DNA of 64,000 nt. Origin: Octopus sinensis. Its lineage: Eukaryota. Under the pieces are notes generated by a model. The model saw only the letters and a list, made by a program, of their open reading frames with translations, was not told the origin of the DNA and ran no database searches. The stretch is from the NCBI RefSeq assembly GCF_006345805.1, contig NC_043014.1, positions 52,886,001 through 52,950,000 on the forward strand. Direction: 5' to 3'. Below, piece by piece: positions 12,869 to 25,769 of this stretch. Numbering within the stretch: position 1 is the stretch's first letter; every line of letters begins with the position of its first letter. A program made the translations under genes and the position numbers.

Positions 12869-13266
12869 GGAGAAAGAGAGAGAGAGAGGACAGAGAAAGA
12901 GATATCAAAGTTATTTTCAATAGCATGGATGAAATAATGAGGCTGTTGTCGCCCTCCCCCCCCTCCAAAATGCCTCCTCCTCCTCCTCCAGCCATGCCCA
13001 CCCATACATCAGCCGCCGCCGCCACCGCCACCATTAATAACAACAGACTCACACAATGGACACCTAATTTGAGTGTCGTTATATTGCAAGCGCAGCAACT
13101 GCGCCTGGTGCAGTGAATGAAGAGCAGCAGATGCAGTGAAGCAGACAGTGTTGGTCAGTGTTGGCTGCAACGGGGTGGGGGGTGTCAGCAGGAAACTGGT
13201 GGACAGAAATATCTGAAATATCCTGAAGCTGCTCCAAAGTGGAAAGAAGTTGGTAAATAATTATAT

Positions 13267-13268
<2 letters not shown>

Positions 13269-13338
<70 letters not shown>

Positions 13339-13505
13339 GAGGGAGGGAGAGAGAATAGGTAAAAGAAAGAGAGAGATTAAAAGACAGAAATTGAGTGAAT
13401 GAAAGAGTGAGAACCAAAGTTGGGGTAGGGGAGAGAGGGAGAGAGAGATGGAGGGAGAAGGGGGAGAGAGGGAGAGAGAGAGATGGAGGGAGAAGGGGGA
13501 GAGAA
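13269..13505. repeat. (GA)n microsatellite and purine-rich tract
   Basis: Read directly. Other long simple repeats include (CA)n 173-199, (TG)n 533-570, (TA)n 7595-7624, 31050-31112 and 42226-42271, (GA)n 29041-29088 and 41288-41381. Confidence 0.95.
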
Positions 13506-14039
13506 AGAGGTTGTGGTGAAAATCTTTTGAAACAGAAACTGCAATTAAATAACAGTTTTGAGCAGAGAATATGTCTGCAGATGTAGAAGGGAGAGTTTGG
13601 GAAGCAGCCATCCATATGGTAAGTGAAGGACAGAATTGGTAGAGCATTGAACAAAATTATTTGTGGTAGTTTGTTGTATGCCATTCCATCATGAGTTCAA
13701 ATCCTGTCCATGATCATTTGACATTTCTTCCCTTGGAGGTCGATAGAATAACTAACAGGGGGTCAAAATAACTGATTATGTATCTTTGATGAGAGGTCAT
13801 CAGAAATGCAATAGGATAACGATCAGTAGCAATATATACATGTGTGTGTGTGTGTATAAAATTTATATAAACAACAGTTTGCAATTATACACACACACAC
13901 ACACATATATATAATGGAATTTAATTGTGAAAGAATAAAATTACTTCCTAAAGCCATTTTACTCAAAGTTACATCTCGTGTTTGGTTGCCAAAGCCTGCA
14001 AAGAACTTACACATCACTCCATACTGATCACAGGTCAGG

Positions 14040-15103
14040 TCACACAGCAGGGGCAGCCTGACTGTCTGGATTCTGGGACTTCCAATACCTGGTGCTGGAT
14101 GTAGTCCATAAGGTGAACCCAGGGCAAGTTATGGCTACATAAGGGGTGCAGCAGAATCAGAGGAAGATTAACAGAGAAAGTAGCCTGTGGGGGGGGGGAG
14201 ATGTGCAGGTAAATAACACTGGGATTGAACAGAAAATAGTCTTCATCCGATGCCTGGAGTGACCCTTAGTGGTGGATGGTCTCCATTACGTAGATGACCA
14301 AGTCAGCAATGGAGGCAGATATTTGAGAGAGCAGCTGCTAGAATAAGAACGGGCTGGGTAAGGTGCATAGAACTTGTACCTTTGTTGGTAACTAGGAGCC
14401 TCTCCTTCAGAGTGAAAAGCAGATTGTGTGATGCCTGTGCGTGAACAGCCATGCTACATGGCAGTGACTCATGGACTGTTACTGTTGAGGGCATGCAAAC
14501 GCTTGAAATTAATGAAACCAGAATGTTCCACTGGATGTGCAGCACTGTCAGTATGCACGTAAAACAGCGTTTGGGTAGTGATACGCATGGATGAGGACAG
14601 AGGCGCAAAGAAGTGCCAATCACAAATTGGGGAAGGAACATTTAGAAGAGGTAGACCCAAGAAAATGTAGGATGATGGGATGAAATGCAATCTTCAGATG
14701 GAGAGTTTCACAAAGGCAACGACAAGTGACTGAGATTTCTGCTAAGTTACTGAGCTTGAGAAGACACATTGAACTGAGTGAAATTGTGGTCTTCACCAAA
14801 CCCGAGTGCTTTTTGTGTAGGAGTGGCACAGGACTCTTGCAGGCCAATCCGCTTCACCCACTTAAGGGGGCTTAACACTGCTGCTGAGGGTGCTAGTGCT
14901 ATGGGAAAAGGACTCATACCAGTGCCACGTAAAAATATCAAGTACACTCTGTACGGTGATTGGCATGTTAAGAAGGGCATCCAGCTGTAGAAAGCATGCC
15001 AAAACAGACATGGAGCCTGGGCAGCCCTTCAGCTGGGCAACTCCTGTCAAACTGTCCAACCCATGCCAGCAAGGAAAACGGATGTTGAATGATGATGATG
15101 ATG
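14040..15103 (+). mobile_element. RTE-clade LINE, decayed copy of the same family
   Basis: Nucleotide similarity to the reverse complement of 43803-45145 (gccatgctacatggcagtga; ggcatccagctgtagaaa). Ends in (GAT)n at about 15090-15103. Confidence 0.85.
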
Positions 15104-15125
15104 TTGGTGTATATATACATATATA

Positions 15126-15529
15126 TAGGCATAGGAGTGGCTGTGTGGTAAGTAGCTTGCTTACCGACTACATGGTTCCAGGTTCAGTCCCACTGTGTGG
15201 CACCTTGGGCAAGTGTCTTCTACTATAGCCTCGGGCTGACCAAAGCCTTGTAAGTGGATTTGGTAGACGGAAACTGAAAGAAGCCCATCGTATATATGTA
15301 TATGTGTGTGTGTGTGTGTGTGTGCATGCGTTGTATATCTGTATTTGTCCCCCCAACATTGCCTGACAACTGAGGCTGGTATGTTTAGGTCCCTGTAACT
15401 TAGTGGTTCAACAAAAGAGACCGATAGAATAAGTACTAGGCTTACAAAGAATAAGTTCTGGGGTCGATTTGATTCGACTAGAGGCGGTGCTCCAGCATGG
15501 CCACAGTCAAATGACTGAAACAAGTAAAA

Positions 15530-15531
<2 letters not shown>
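15126..15531 (+). mobile_element. tRNA-derived SINE family A, near full length
   Basis: A-box-like tggctgtgtgg at about 15138 and B-box-like ggttcagtccc at 15181, core gtagacggaaactgaaagaagccc, internal (TG)n, 3' gactgaaacaagtaaaag. Partial copies at about 5135-5300, 10960-11120, 12215-12500, 27160-27310, 30820-30935 and 51190-51315. Confidence 0.85.
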
Positions 15532-15567
<36 letters not shown>

Positions 15568-16634
15568 GCACACATGTAGAGAGACACAGACACATATATG
15601 AAGCGCAGAGAATAAATAAAAAGTCAATGCAATCTTTTCTTCTGCAATTTCAGTGAAAGTAATTGTCTATCACAGCTGCAACCCAATGACAAAAAACTGT
15701 GTGTGTGTGTGTGTGTGTGTGTACATGCATTTTCCAATCTTTTAATTAGTTTCTGCATTTCAGGCAAAAGCAGTGCTCCAGCATGGTCAGAATCCATTGA
15801 CTGAAATCAGTGAATGAATAAATGATCTTGGCAAAAAAGCATCAACAACAAAGAAAATGATGAAAGAGTTTTGATTTTCTGCTGGGTCCTGATGCCTTCT
15901 TGCTGAGCAGAGTGTGTCGTCCGTCTTTGATTGCTGCCATAAAAACCACAGATCAAAACCACTGCCAAAGCCTGTTTATATGAAGAACATGTCGGTGGTT
16001 TTTCTGGAGAAATCATTCTCTCGTTATAACTTAATGACCAAACAATTTTGGGATCAAAGATGTATTTATTGTTGGAACTGTTTAGGTGGGTTTTAGGATG
16101 TGGTGTGGTGTGTGTGTGTGAGGGGAGGAGGAACTGAAGCCCTGCTACCCACCACCACCACCACCACCACCATAAATGAAGCAGCATTTTACTTGTCATC
16201 TTTAGCTTCACCATTTTTACCATGTGTTGCCATCATAATCATCACCACACCATCATTACTATTACCAACACCACCCCTCCTTTCAACACTAACATGAGCA
16301 CAAAAATCAACCCCGCCACCCTCTCAGCATTCCCACCATTACACCAAAAATCAAAAGAACCAGCTTTCACCCACACTGCTGGGGCATATGTGTGTGTGTG
16401 TAAGTGCGTGTGTATATATATATATATATATATATATGACCGTGTGTGTATCATTGGCAATTTTTTTTCTCCATCTTCCCTTCCTTGGACCTTTCCTTTT
16501 TCTATGTTTCTGACAAAGAGCTCTGCTCGAACCGTTAAATCCTCCTTCTTTCTTTCCTTTCCTGAGTGTCCAATAACACTATACTTGTTCCATGTCCTCG
16601 AATTGTTGTGTTTTCTCTTTGTTCATGTTTGGAT

Positions 16635-16679
<45 letters not shown>

Positions 16680-16987
16680 CTTATGAGAGGTAATGGTGTC
16701 AATGAGACCCAAAGGTGTCAGGTAATGCTGAGTAAGTGCTATGGACAGACTATAGTTAAGCTCCAGGTTCGATGATTATGCAAATGATATATATCATCAT
16801 CATCATCGTTTAACGTCCGTTCTCCATGCTACCATGGGTTGGACGGTTCAACCGGGGATCTGGGAAGCCAGGAGGCTGCACCAGGCTCCAGTCTTATCTG
16901 GCAAACGTATAATTAAAAAAATTTAACAGAATGAGATAAAAATCCAAGGCTGTGAAACATTTCAGAACATTTATAAAGAGAGGATCT

Positions 16988-17020
<33 letters not shown>

Positions 17021-17111
17021 TGTTATATTTCGGAATGGTCATATTGCCAGTTTAGCCAATAAATCTTGCACAACAAATATTTAAACGTATATATATATAT
17101 ATATATATATA

Positions 17112-18548
17112 TTGAATCATCCCATAAATAATGCAGTTTTTATACTTCTTTTATTTTTCAAAATTAAGATAAACATTAAGAGAGTCAAAACTATTGAAAA
17201 AGTTGCAAGATGTAATGAAAATTTTAGAAAAATAAAGAAGGAAATGAATGGAAATGTTACGGGTGAGTGTGTTAAATTATAAGGCACCAAAAAGAGAATG
17301 ACTCTCCTCAGACACAACAGAAACAAAGTTCTTTTTTAATCTAAAATATACTCTCTTTCATTTTCTACAATACTCTTCCATCTATCTGGTAGACTTGCAA
17401 GGCCTCTCTTCCAAAATTCACTTGTCAGTGCTGAAAATACTCCTCCAGTACTGTTCTGACCTCCTCTACAGAATTCATATTTTTTCTGTCCAAATGATTT
17501 TGAAGACTATGGAATAAATGATAATCAGATGGGGCAATGTCTGGCAAATATGGTGGCTGGGGTATCATTTCCCATTCAAACTGCTCCAGCCTTTGTAATG
17601 TTGTCCTCGCTGTATGTGGCCAAGCATTATCCTGATGGAAGAATACCTTTTGTCTTGAAACCAAAGATGGTCATTTTTCTTCTAGCGCTGACTTGAGCCG
17701 CTCAAGCTGCTCGCAGTAGATCTCCTTTGTTATTGTTAAGTCTGGGTTTAAAAGATCAAAGTGGATTAAACCTTTCATATCCCACCAAACAGATAACAAC
17801 ATCTTATGTGGGTGTAGACTTTCTTTAGCCTGGGGTGCCAGTGTTTCTCCTTCCCCTACCCCACTGTCTTCGGCGCTTGACATTTTTATGGAGAACCCAT
17901 TTCCCATCAACAGTCATTATTCAGTCCAAAAAACGGTTCATTGGTGAGACATGATAGCAAAGAAGAGCACATATTCACTCTCTGCGCACGACTGAACTTG
18001 GAAAGTTTGTGAGGAACCCGTTGACCCAATTTTCTGATTTTTCCAATGGCACACAGGTGCCAATGAATGGTTGAATGACCAAATGCAAGCTTCTCTGCTA
18101 GTTCCTCAACTGTTACGATGGGATTTTGTTCCACCATGGTTTGCAGGACGTCCTCATCAAGCTCTACAGATCTTTCAGGATGAGGCCCGTCTTCTAGGCT
18201 GTAGTTCCTGGCTTGGAAGTTCTAGAACCACTGTTGACACTGGCTTATGTTTATTATCCGACCCCCAAAGACTGCAATAATATTCCTTGCACTTTTTGTT
18301 GCATTGTTGCCTTTATTGAATTCATAAAGCAAAATATGCTGAATATGCTCCTTTGTCACTTCCATTATAGCTTTGAAAACCTGAGTGTTAAAATCGAACT
18401 GCACTCTTCAGAACTTGCACTATGAATAAGGATAAGGTAGAATTACTACCTGCTTTGATAGCAAGTTGATGCAGGTTGTTTATTCCATCCCCCTCTGACT
18501 TTTAGTTCATGCAATTGAAAATATCGCATTATTTGTGAGATGACCCAA
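17112..18548 (-). mobile_element. Mariner (Tc1/mariner, DD34D-type) transposon, TIR-to-TIR copy with a frameshifted transposase
   Basis: TIRs ttgaatcatcccataaataatgc (from 17112) and ttgggtcatctcacaaataatgc (reverse complement, ending 18548) match at 19/23 and are flanked by TA. ORF pieces include HILLYEFNKGNNAT, RVPHKL, LSVWWDMKG, HQDNAWPH and PYLPDIAPSDYHLF. Confidence 0.95.
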
Positions 18549-19367
18549 TATATATGTGTGTGTGTGAGTGTGTGTGTGTGTGTGTATAAAGAAGATATAT
18601 GTATGCGTATACTGCTTGTAAAGAGGTGAGAGTTGGCAACAGGAAGGGTGTCTGGCTTTAGAAAATCTACATCAAATTTCAGCCTAGGTGGATATTAAGA
18701 TGAAGATATAGAGCAGCCATAGTGTCATAGAGTGTCCCTAAGGATTACATGATGGATACATCAGTCAGTAGAATACTCAGTCACTTGCACAATGAGAAAA
18801 CAAATAAGGAGTTCTGCTGATTAAATGTACAGAAACCCATCCTTGATATCTGTAGAAAGAGAATTGTTAAATGTTGAAAAAGGGAGTTGGAGATTCTAAT
18901 AAATTGAACATTTATTAAACAGGTTTTTTATGTCTCAACCACTGAGATTTTGCTGCAGCAGCAACAACAACAACAAGAGATGAAATCCATGTGTGAGGAC
19001 AGGACACCAGCCCAACCTGGATGTCTGCTATAGCAATTAAACAGAGATGAGAAATGTCTATAATTATCTGAAATAATTACTGTCATTTAACTAGAGTAAC
19101 CTACATTACAAGTTACACCTTGCTTGCTCTTTCTCTCTCCCTCACACACACATATCTTGTCCTCTATATTTCTTTCTCACCTGGGACCTCAGAAAAAAAA
19201 ATTGCCAACCTGGCGCTATTCAAGAAAATCTATAAACAAACAAATCATGTATTCCTTTTGGAGGAGAAAAAACATAAACAAGCCCCCCCCCCCCCAACAC
19301 ACTACTCCATACAAGTTACTTTCATGTCAATATTTCAACAAAACTCAATTCTAAAGCCATACATAAG

Positions 19368-19439
<72 letters not shown>

Positions 19440-19568
19440 AGTATGTGTGTGTGTGTGTGTGTGTGTGAGTATGTGTGTGTGTGTGTGTGAGTATGTGTGT
19501 GTGTGTGTGTGAGTATGTGTTTGTGTGTGTGTGTGTGTGAGTATGTGTGTGTGTGTGTGTGTGTGTGA

Positions 19569-19599
<31 letters not shown>

Positions 19600-19644
19600 A
19601 GTATGTGTGTGTGTGTGTGTGAGTATGTGTGTGTGTGTGTGTGA

Positions 19645-19721
<77 letters not shown>
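19368..19721. repeat. Compound microsatellite: (GT)n with recurrent GAGTAT interruptions
   Basis: Read directly from the sequence; about 350 bp. Confidence 0.95.
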
Positions 19722-19723
<2 letters not shown>

Positions 19724-19849
19724 CTTACTTGGCTGTAAAGTTACATAAGTAACTCAAGGGCTGAGGGTTCCATACACTGCACTCATCAAAATTTTGTTTG
19801 TTTGCATGAAACTGTCAGCTTTTTCACTCACTTATGCAACTTTACAACT

Positions 19850-20864
19850 GAATAGACACACACACACGCATACTCTCCAGTTGGTCCCCTTCACAATCCC
19901 CACAAAGGCTAGATTACTGATGATCCCAAAGAATGTGTAGAACTCATTGCTGAATGCTATGCAGGCATTTTTACCGTTGAAAACCAAAATGTACAGTCTC
20001 TACCGCCTCTGACACCAAATCCTGTGACATCACCTTAGGAATACATGCTACTATGCCTCTCCTGGTCTTGATGGTGTTGCATACATGCTTCTCAAACCTG
20101 GTGGGTACTTTCTTCTGCACCAGCTTTCACTCTTCTTTCAGTTCTGTCTTAATGGTGCTACTCCGGAGCAGTGGAAAACTGCCAGTGTCATTCCTCTGTT
20201 CAAAAACAGTGATCTCATATTGCCTGTAAACTATCGTCTGGTCAGTCTTACTAGCTGCATTGCCAAACTGATGGAATCCTGTGGCAGTGAAACATTTTGG
20301 ATCTCTTGGAATTCTCACAGCTTTATCTGGCCATTGCAATTTGGATTTATTCCAAACTCCAGCTGCTGTGATCAACTTATCGAGTTTCTTGAAGACACCA
20401 CCCAGGCCATGGGTGGATGTTGCTTACTTTGACTTTGCTAAAGCTTTTAATTCTGTGCCACACAAAAGGCTTATGGCAAAACTCTCTGCAATGGGTGTGA
20501 AAGATGATCGTTTTAACTGGTTGGAGTCTGTCATTCTCAATCGAAAAGAGGTCATGGTTCCAAGACAGCATTCTTCACCCAATGAGATGTCATCTGGTGT
20601 AGTGCAGGGATCTGTTCTTGGTCCCTTTTTGTTTGCTGCACACAATGACATAGATACCAACTTAAAGAAAGCCACAGTGCTAAAATATGCAGATGATATC
20701 AAGGTGTACCTTGAGATAAAAAGGACAGATCCTAAACACAATAGATCTTTCCTACAATTGAACCTGGACACAATGCAACAATGGATCATGGACTGGTAAC
20801 TCAAGCTGGCTGTGGACAAGTGTACAACTATGAATTCTGGGAGGAAAAACACAGCATCCGCATA
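19850..20864 (+). mobile_element. CR1-clade LINE reverse transcriptase, 5' part (decayed)
   Basis: WKTASVIPLFK, NYRLVSLTS, YFDFAKAFNSVPH, GVVQGSVLGPFLF and KYADDIK in ORFs 20085..20432 and 20281..20799. The left boundary is approximate. Confidence 0.93.
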
Positions 20865-22140
20865 TCATAAAAACCCATGAAATTTGCACACCTGTGGAAT
20901 TTATGCAGGTGATTTTCAGGATAAAATTTGCTAAAAAAAGCTTCTACTCATGTAAAATTCAGAATTGCTGATATAGCCAGGGGAAAAAGGTTTTTAATTT
21001 AGTTGTATTTAGCATAATTTCACTTGCTCATGATCAGATTTTATTAAATTTTCATTAAATAAAAATATTTTCTGCTTAACAGGTATCACATTGAAAGCTA
21101 TTAAATTACAAAGTGTTTGTGTTGTTTATCATAAACTTTATTTCACATTTCTTGCCCACAAGAGATTATGTCCGATCTTTAGCTTACTGCTGTATGTCTT
21201 CTCAAATCACGATCACAGGAAAAGTTGTTGATAAGGATTACCAACAAAAACAAAGCTAATAAATACGTACAAATGTTGCAAATTAAGTTTAATTACCAAT
21301 AAACATCGTCTTGGATGACACTTTACTCAACCGACAGAGGAAGGTAACCGATCAAACTGATTATGTAAACAGGATTCTTTTCTGCCTATCCTTGTCAGAA
21401 TCTTTGATTTGGAGTATTGAAATTTTGATCCCTATCACACTTGTAAAATGTCAAGCAAACTTTAAAATTTGTCATTACCGTTATTGTCAGAATGGGCAGA
21501 ACTTGTGAATCGTTTACTGCAAAGGAGAAATTAAATATGTTGAATATGCATTTGGATGTGGAAATAGAGCTGCTGGAAGGCATTTTAATGTTAATGAAGC
21601 CAATGTTTGAAATTGGCAGAAACAGTAGGACAAAGTTAAAACTGTGCCTGGTAATGAAGAGACAAAAATAAAACCATACAATCAAGATTATCCATATCAT
21701 TACATCTTTTTCCAGTCAGGAATATCCATATCACTATGTATGTCAGTGGTGATGGATTGCGATAGGTAGAAACTCCAAGCAATGTAAAATATGGCCCGGA
21801 TTGTGTTTACGAGCATGAACATCAGACTTCAAAAAGTAATTAACCATTTAATGGTTTTAGTAAATTTATACAGAAAAATGAAGCATTATACCATCCAGCA
21901 TAAATAAAAGTTAACTTCACTATATGTACTTAAGCCATTATTTTTTTCTGTAAAAACTTATTCTGACATTAAATGAGTTAACTTCTGGTACAAATGCTTA
22001 CTTTTTGTACGACTTTTTCAACAAAAAAAATTTCAAAAATAATTCTGGAAATGATCTACTCATATAATTTATGCACCCGCTAAAGTTTATTTTTATTTTT
22101 GTGAAAAAAAAGGGTGTAAATTACATAGGTTTTTGCAGTA
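20863..22140 (+). mobile_element. pogo/Tigger-type DNA transposon deletion derivative inserted in the CR1 element
   Basis: TA at both ends, with imperfect TIRs tatcataaaaacccatgaaatttgcacacc and (reverse complement) tactgcaaaaacctatgtaatttacaccc. From about 21492 a frameshifted MGRTCESFTAKEKL..EYAFGCGNRAAGRHFNVNEANV*NW resembles the Brinker-like DNA-binding domain of pogo transposases. Confidence 0.8.
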
Positions 22141-22921
22141 TTCTCTCCACAACACTAATAACAAGAAGTCTTCTTGTGAATGTGACCTGGACATTGCTGT
22201 CAGCAATGATTTGTGCTGGACAAAGCACATCCCTAAATTGTGAAGAAGGCCGAGAATGTCTTGGCATCACTCAGCAAGATCTTTGTCAGCTGCTCTCCAA
22301 CTATCTATTCAATGCTGTATATGGCTATGCTGTGGTCACACTTGGAATTTGCATCGCCAGTATGGAACTCCTATCTTGCTCAGAACACTGACCTCCTGGA
22401 AACTGTTCAGAGACGTGCAACCAAGTGAATACCCTCATTCAGGCATCTACCATACTCTGGATGCCTTGCTTCCCTGGGCATAGATACAGTGAAGCTCTGA
22501 CTTCTGGCAACTGACTTGGTAAACATTCACAAAATTATTGACCATCAAGTCAACAACCACCTTGAGCACCTTTTTGAGCTCCATGTGTCTAACACATGTG
22601 GGCATGCCTACAAAATCAGAAAACAGCACAGCTCCCATGACTTTCGGAAACATTTTTTCACGCTCCGAGTTGCTGAAGCATGGAACAAACTACCTGCATC
22701 AGTTGTTAGTTGCTGAGACATTGCATCCTTTAAAACCTCCATGTTTCCTGAAATTTGCCAACACTACACCTGATACCCCCCTCCATATGCATGCACACAT
22801 GTATATCAGGACACGTTCACTTTCCTGACTTTTGTACATCATTCTGTGTACTGTACATGCACCTCTGATGAGTGGTAGAGTGCACCTGAGCACTGTACAC
22901 AATAATTTCATTATTATTATT
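22141..22921 (+). mobile_element. CR1-clade LINE, 3' part with (TTA)n tail
   Basis: HLEFASPVWNSY, LETVQRRATK and CGHAYKIRK..FRKHFFTLRVAEAWNKLP. Ends in a ttattattatt tail. The frame continues from 20864. Confidence 0.92.
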
Positions 22922-24179
22922 CAATATGGTCTTCCCTGATTCTTTAAAATGTAAATGTGGCATTTATAAAATGAAAGAGTAGCACAGCACTCATAACTTT
23001 TTAAAACATGTTTTTACAGAATTGTCAAAACCTGGAATAAACTATCCCCCCCCCCACATTAGTTGCTAATTGTCAGGACACTACAGCCTTTAAAAGTTCC
23101 CTCCTTCCCCAAATCCACCCACACTACTTCTCCCCCTACCTATCTATCTCCTTTCTTCTTTATAGCCTTTTTTTATGGCCCAGCTTCCTGTCTTCTTGTC
23201 TTCTGTCTTATCTATTTCTGTGTTTGGCTTTCGTTCTGGGCTTCTTGCTGCTTTCTGTCCCCTCATTGACCCCTTTTCAACAAGCTTTACTGCACTCACT
23301 CTATACACACAGCAAGCTTGCACATTGGGCAGAGTGCTTAGAAGCATTTCGTCTGCCTTTACATTCTGAGTTCAAATTCTGAAAAGGTTGACATTGCCTT
23401 TCATCCTTTTGGGGTTACTGAAATAAATACTAGTTGAGCGCTGGAAGTTGATGGAATCAAATTACTCCTCTCCCAGAATTTCAACCTTTGTACCTATAGT
23501 AGAAAGGATTATTATTATTATTATTATTATAGAGGTAGCAAGCTGACAGAATCGTTAGCACACCAAGTGAAATGCTTAGCCATATTTTGTCAGCTGCTTT
23601 GTTCTGAGTTCAATTTCCGCTGGGGTTAATTTTGCCTTTCATCCTTTCAGGGTCGATAAAATAACTACCAGTTAATTACTGGGGTTGTTGTAATCAACTT
23701 AACCTCTCCACCAGAATGTCAGGCCTTGTGCTTATAGTAGAAAGGATCATTATCATAATTCCACTTGTCATAATGTTAATTAGCCCATTGGTAATGATTT
23801 CACATAATCAGAGCAAAAGAGGGGGGGAAAGAGGGAGGGAGAAGCAGCCATGATGTGAGGTAGAGAGAACATAATTGTAATGCTTTCACACGACTAGTTG
23901 AAGGGAGAGAATAAGAGAAAGAAAAGGGAGAGAGAAAAAGAGGAGAAAGAAAAACAAGGAGAGAGAAGCATCCATGACATGTGATAGGGAGAACGTGATG
24001 TTACGTGGTTAAAAAAGTTAGTTGAAAGTAGTGACATAGAGAGTTAGGAATATAATTTTAGCAGAAGGGTGATGTTCTGATGGTGAGAATAGAGAAAGGC
24101 AGAGAGGAAAAAATAAGTGGTGGTGGTGGTGGTGATGTTGAGTACATAGTGGAAAGTAATTCTTTTTTAACTGAACTTT

Positions 24180-24375
24180 TTTATGTCATCACTAAACACA
24201 TCCCAAAGTTGCCATTCACTTTAGAAAGAAAACAGTTTCCCATTTGCCTGTCATATGCAATGACTACCAATAAATCACAAGGGCAGACATTTGATAAGTG
24301 GGGCTGTCCTTGGCTGAACCTGTATTTAGCCATAATCAGCTATATGTTGCATTCTCAAGGGCTCACAAATTGATG
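24180..24375 (+). mobile_element. Helitron RepHel helicase C-terminal fragment
   Basis: LPFTLERKQFPICLSYAMTTNKSQGQTFDK, then after a frameshift GLSLAEPVFSHNQLYVAFSR. These are PIF1-family helicase motifs typical of Helitrons. Confidence 0.88.
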
Positions 24376-25769
24376 TGAGACAAAGTTATCAACACTGACA
24401 AACAAGGGTAAAGAAGAGGGAGAACTTGCACAAAGAACAGGGTCTGCAGAGAAGAATTGGATTGAAAGGTGGATGCAAAATGAAATATGGATTGGCTCTG
24501 AACCATCACCTTCACTTATTGATGGAGTTTTCAGAGTATGTCACATTGCTTTAATTTTTACCCCTGTAAAATTGTGACCCCATATTTTACAAAATTAATA
24601 TTTTTTATTGTAAAATTTTTGTTTTCTAGATATGAAATTGTGAATACATATATTTTAAAATGTAATTTTTTCTGTTAATGGGGAAAATGGAAAAATAAGA
24701 GTGAATATATATCGTATGAGTGCTGTGTACTAAGTCAATAAAATTGTGCATAAAGTATAGAAAGTGCATTAAGTGATCATCTTGTTCCAATTTCCTTCAC
24801 TTTTCAATGAACAGCAGATGAGTGACTCTCTTTTGATACAAACACAACACAGGCTACGCTTTCAGGCTTTTTGGAGGAAGATTTCAGGAATAACCAAGAG
24901 GTTTATTATTAATTGCATGAAATATTCACTGGTTCTGCTAGTTATTATTATTTGAGGAAAATTTGGGTGTTATTTCTGTCAGGGCAAGAAGGCATGCAGA
25001 GGTTATCTTTTTTTGATCAATAACTGTTGTTAACACTTCCAAGATGTGTGTGTGTGTGTGTGTGTGTGTCACATGCTGAGGTGGAAACAAAGAAGAAAAA
25101 AAGCAGTGCCAGATGACAGAAGGACTACAGTGTAATTACCACCACCACCGCCACCACCGCCACCACCGCCACCACCACCACCACTGCCGTCATCAAGAAA
25201 AAATTATTGTTGTTGCTTCTGCTGTCAATTTAGCCACATGATCCCGTCTAAACAATCAGAATATATTTATGAATGTGAAGTTCTGAAGGGAACTTAATAG
25301 TTGCAGGGTGGTGGGTGGTGGCTGGAGGGAAGTGTTGGTTGTTGTTGTTGTGGAGGCGGGGGGGGGGCTAGTTGGAGGTGAAAGTGGTAGGAGGGAACAA
25401 TGGTGGTGGTATTTTCTCATCAATTAGAGCAACTGTAAGGAAGACTGTAAGGAAGCCATTTTCACCAGCACCCAACAGCTACAACAACGACGACAACATC
25501 ATCCACAATAATATCTAGTGTTGAAGCACAAGGCCAAAAGTTCATGAAGAAAAATTTACAACTGATTAAAGCGATCATCTGTGTTGAACCCTTCCCAGAC
25601 GCTGTGTATTACTGGTACTTCATCAATCCCAAAAGGGACAAAAGATAAATATCAATTTCCTACAGGATTTGAACTCAGAACAAAGAAATTAAATAACTTG
25701 AGATTTTTTTTCCACCAATCTTGGAACAAGAACTAAAACCACCACCAATGAGGAAGCTTTTATGCTAGT

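Noticed and set aside
12925-13116. Plus-strand ORF MDEIMRLLSPSPPSKMPPPPPPA...
   Set aside because: It is driven by CCT/GCC trinucleotide repeats, has no recognisable domain, and lies antisense within an intron.
13079-13684. 201-aa ORF, the longest in the track
   Set aside because: It is mostly translated (CT)n microsatellite (LSLSLS).
15126-15200. tRNA-like sequence with A/B boxes
   Set aside because: It continues into a SINE body and recurs as decayed copies; no complete cloverleaf is evident.
20424-20852. 142-aa minus-strand ORF and similar antisense ORFs (44031..44468, 46499..46846)
   Set aside because: They are shadow frames opposite retroelement coding sequence.
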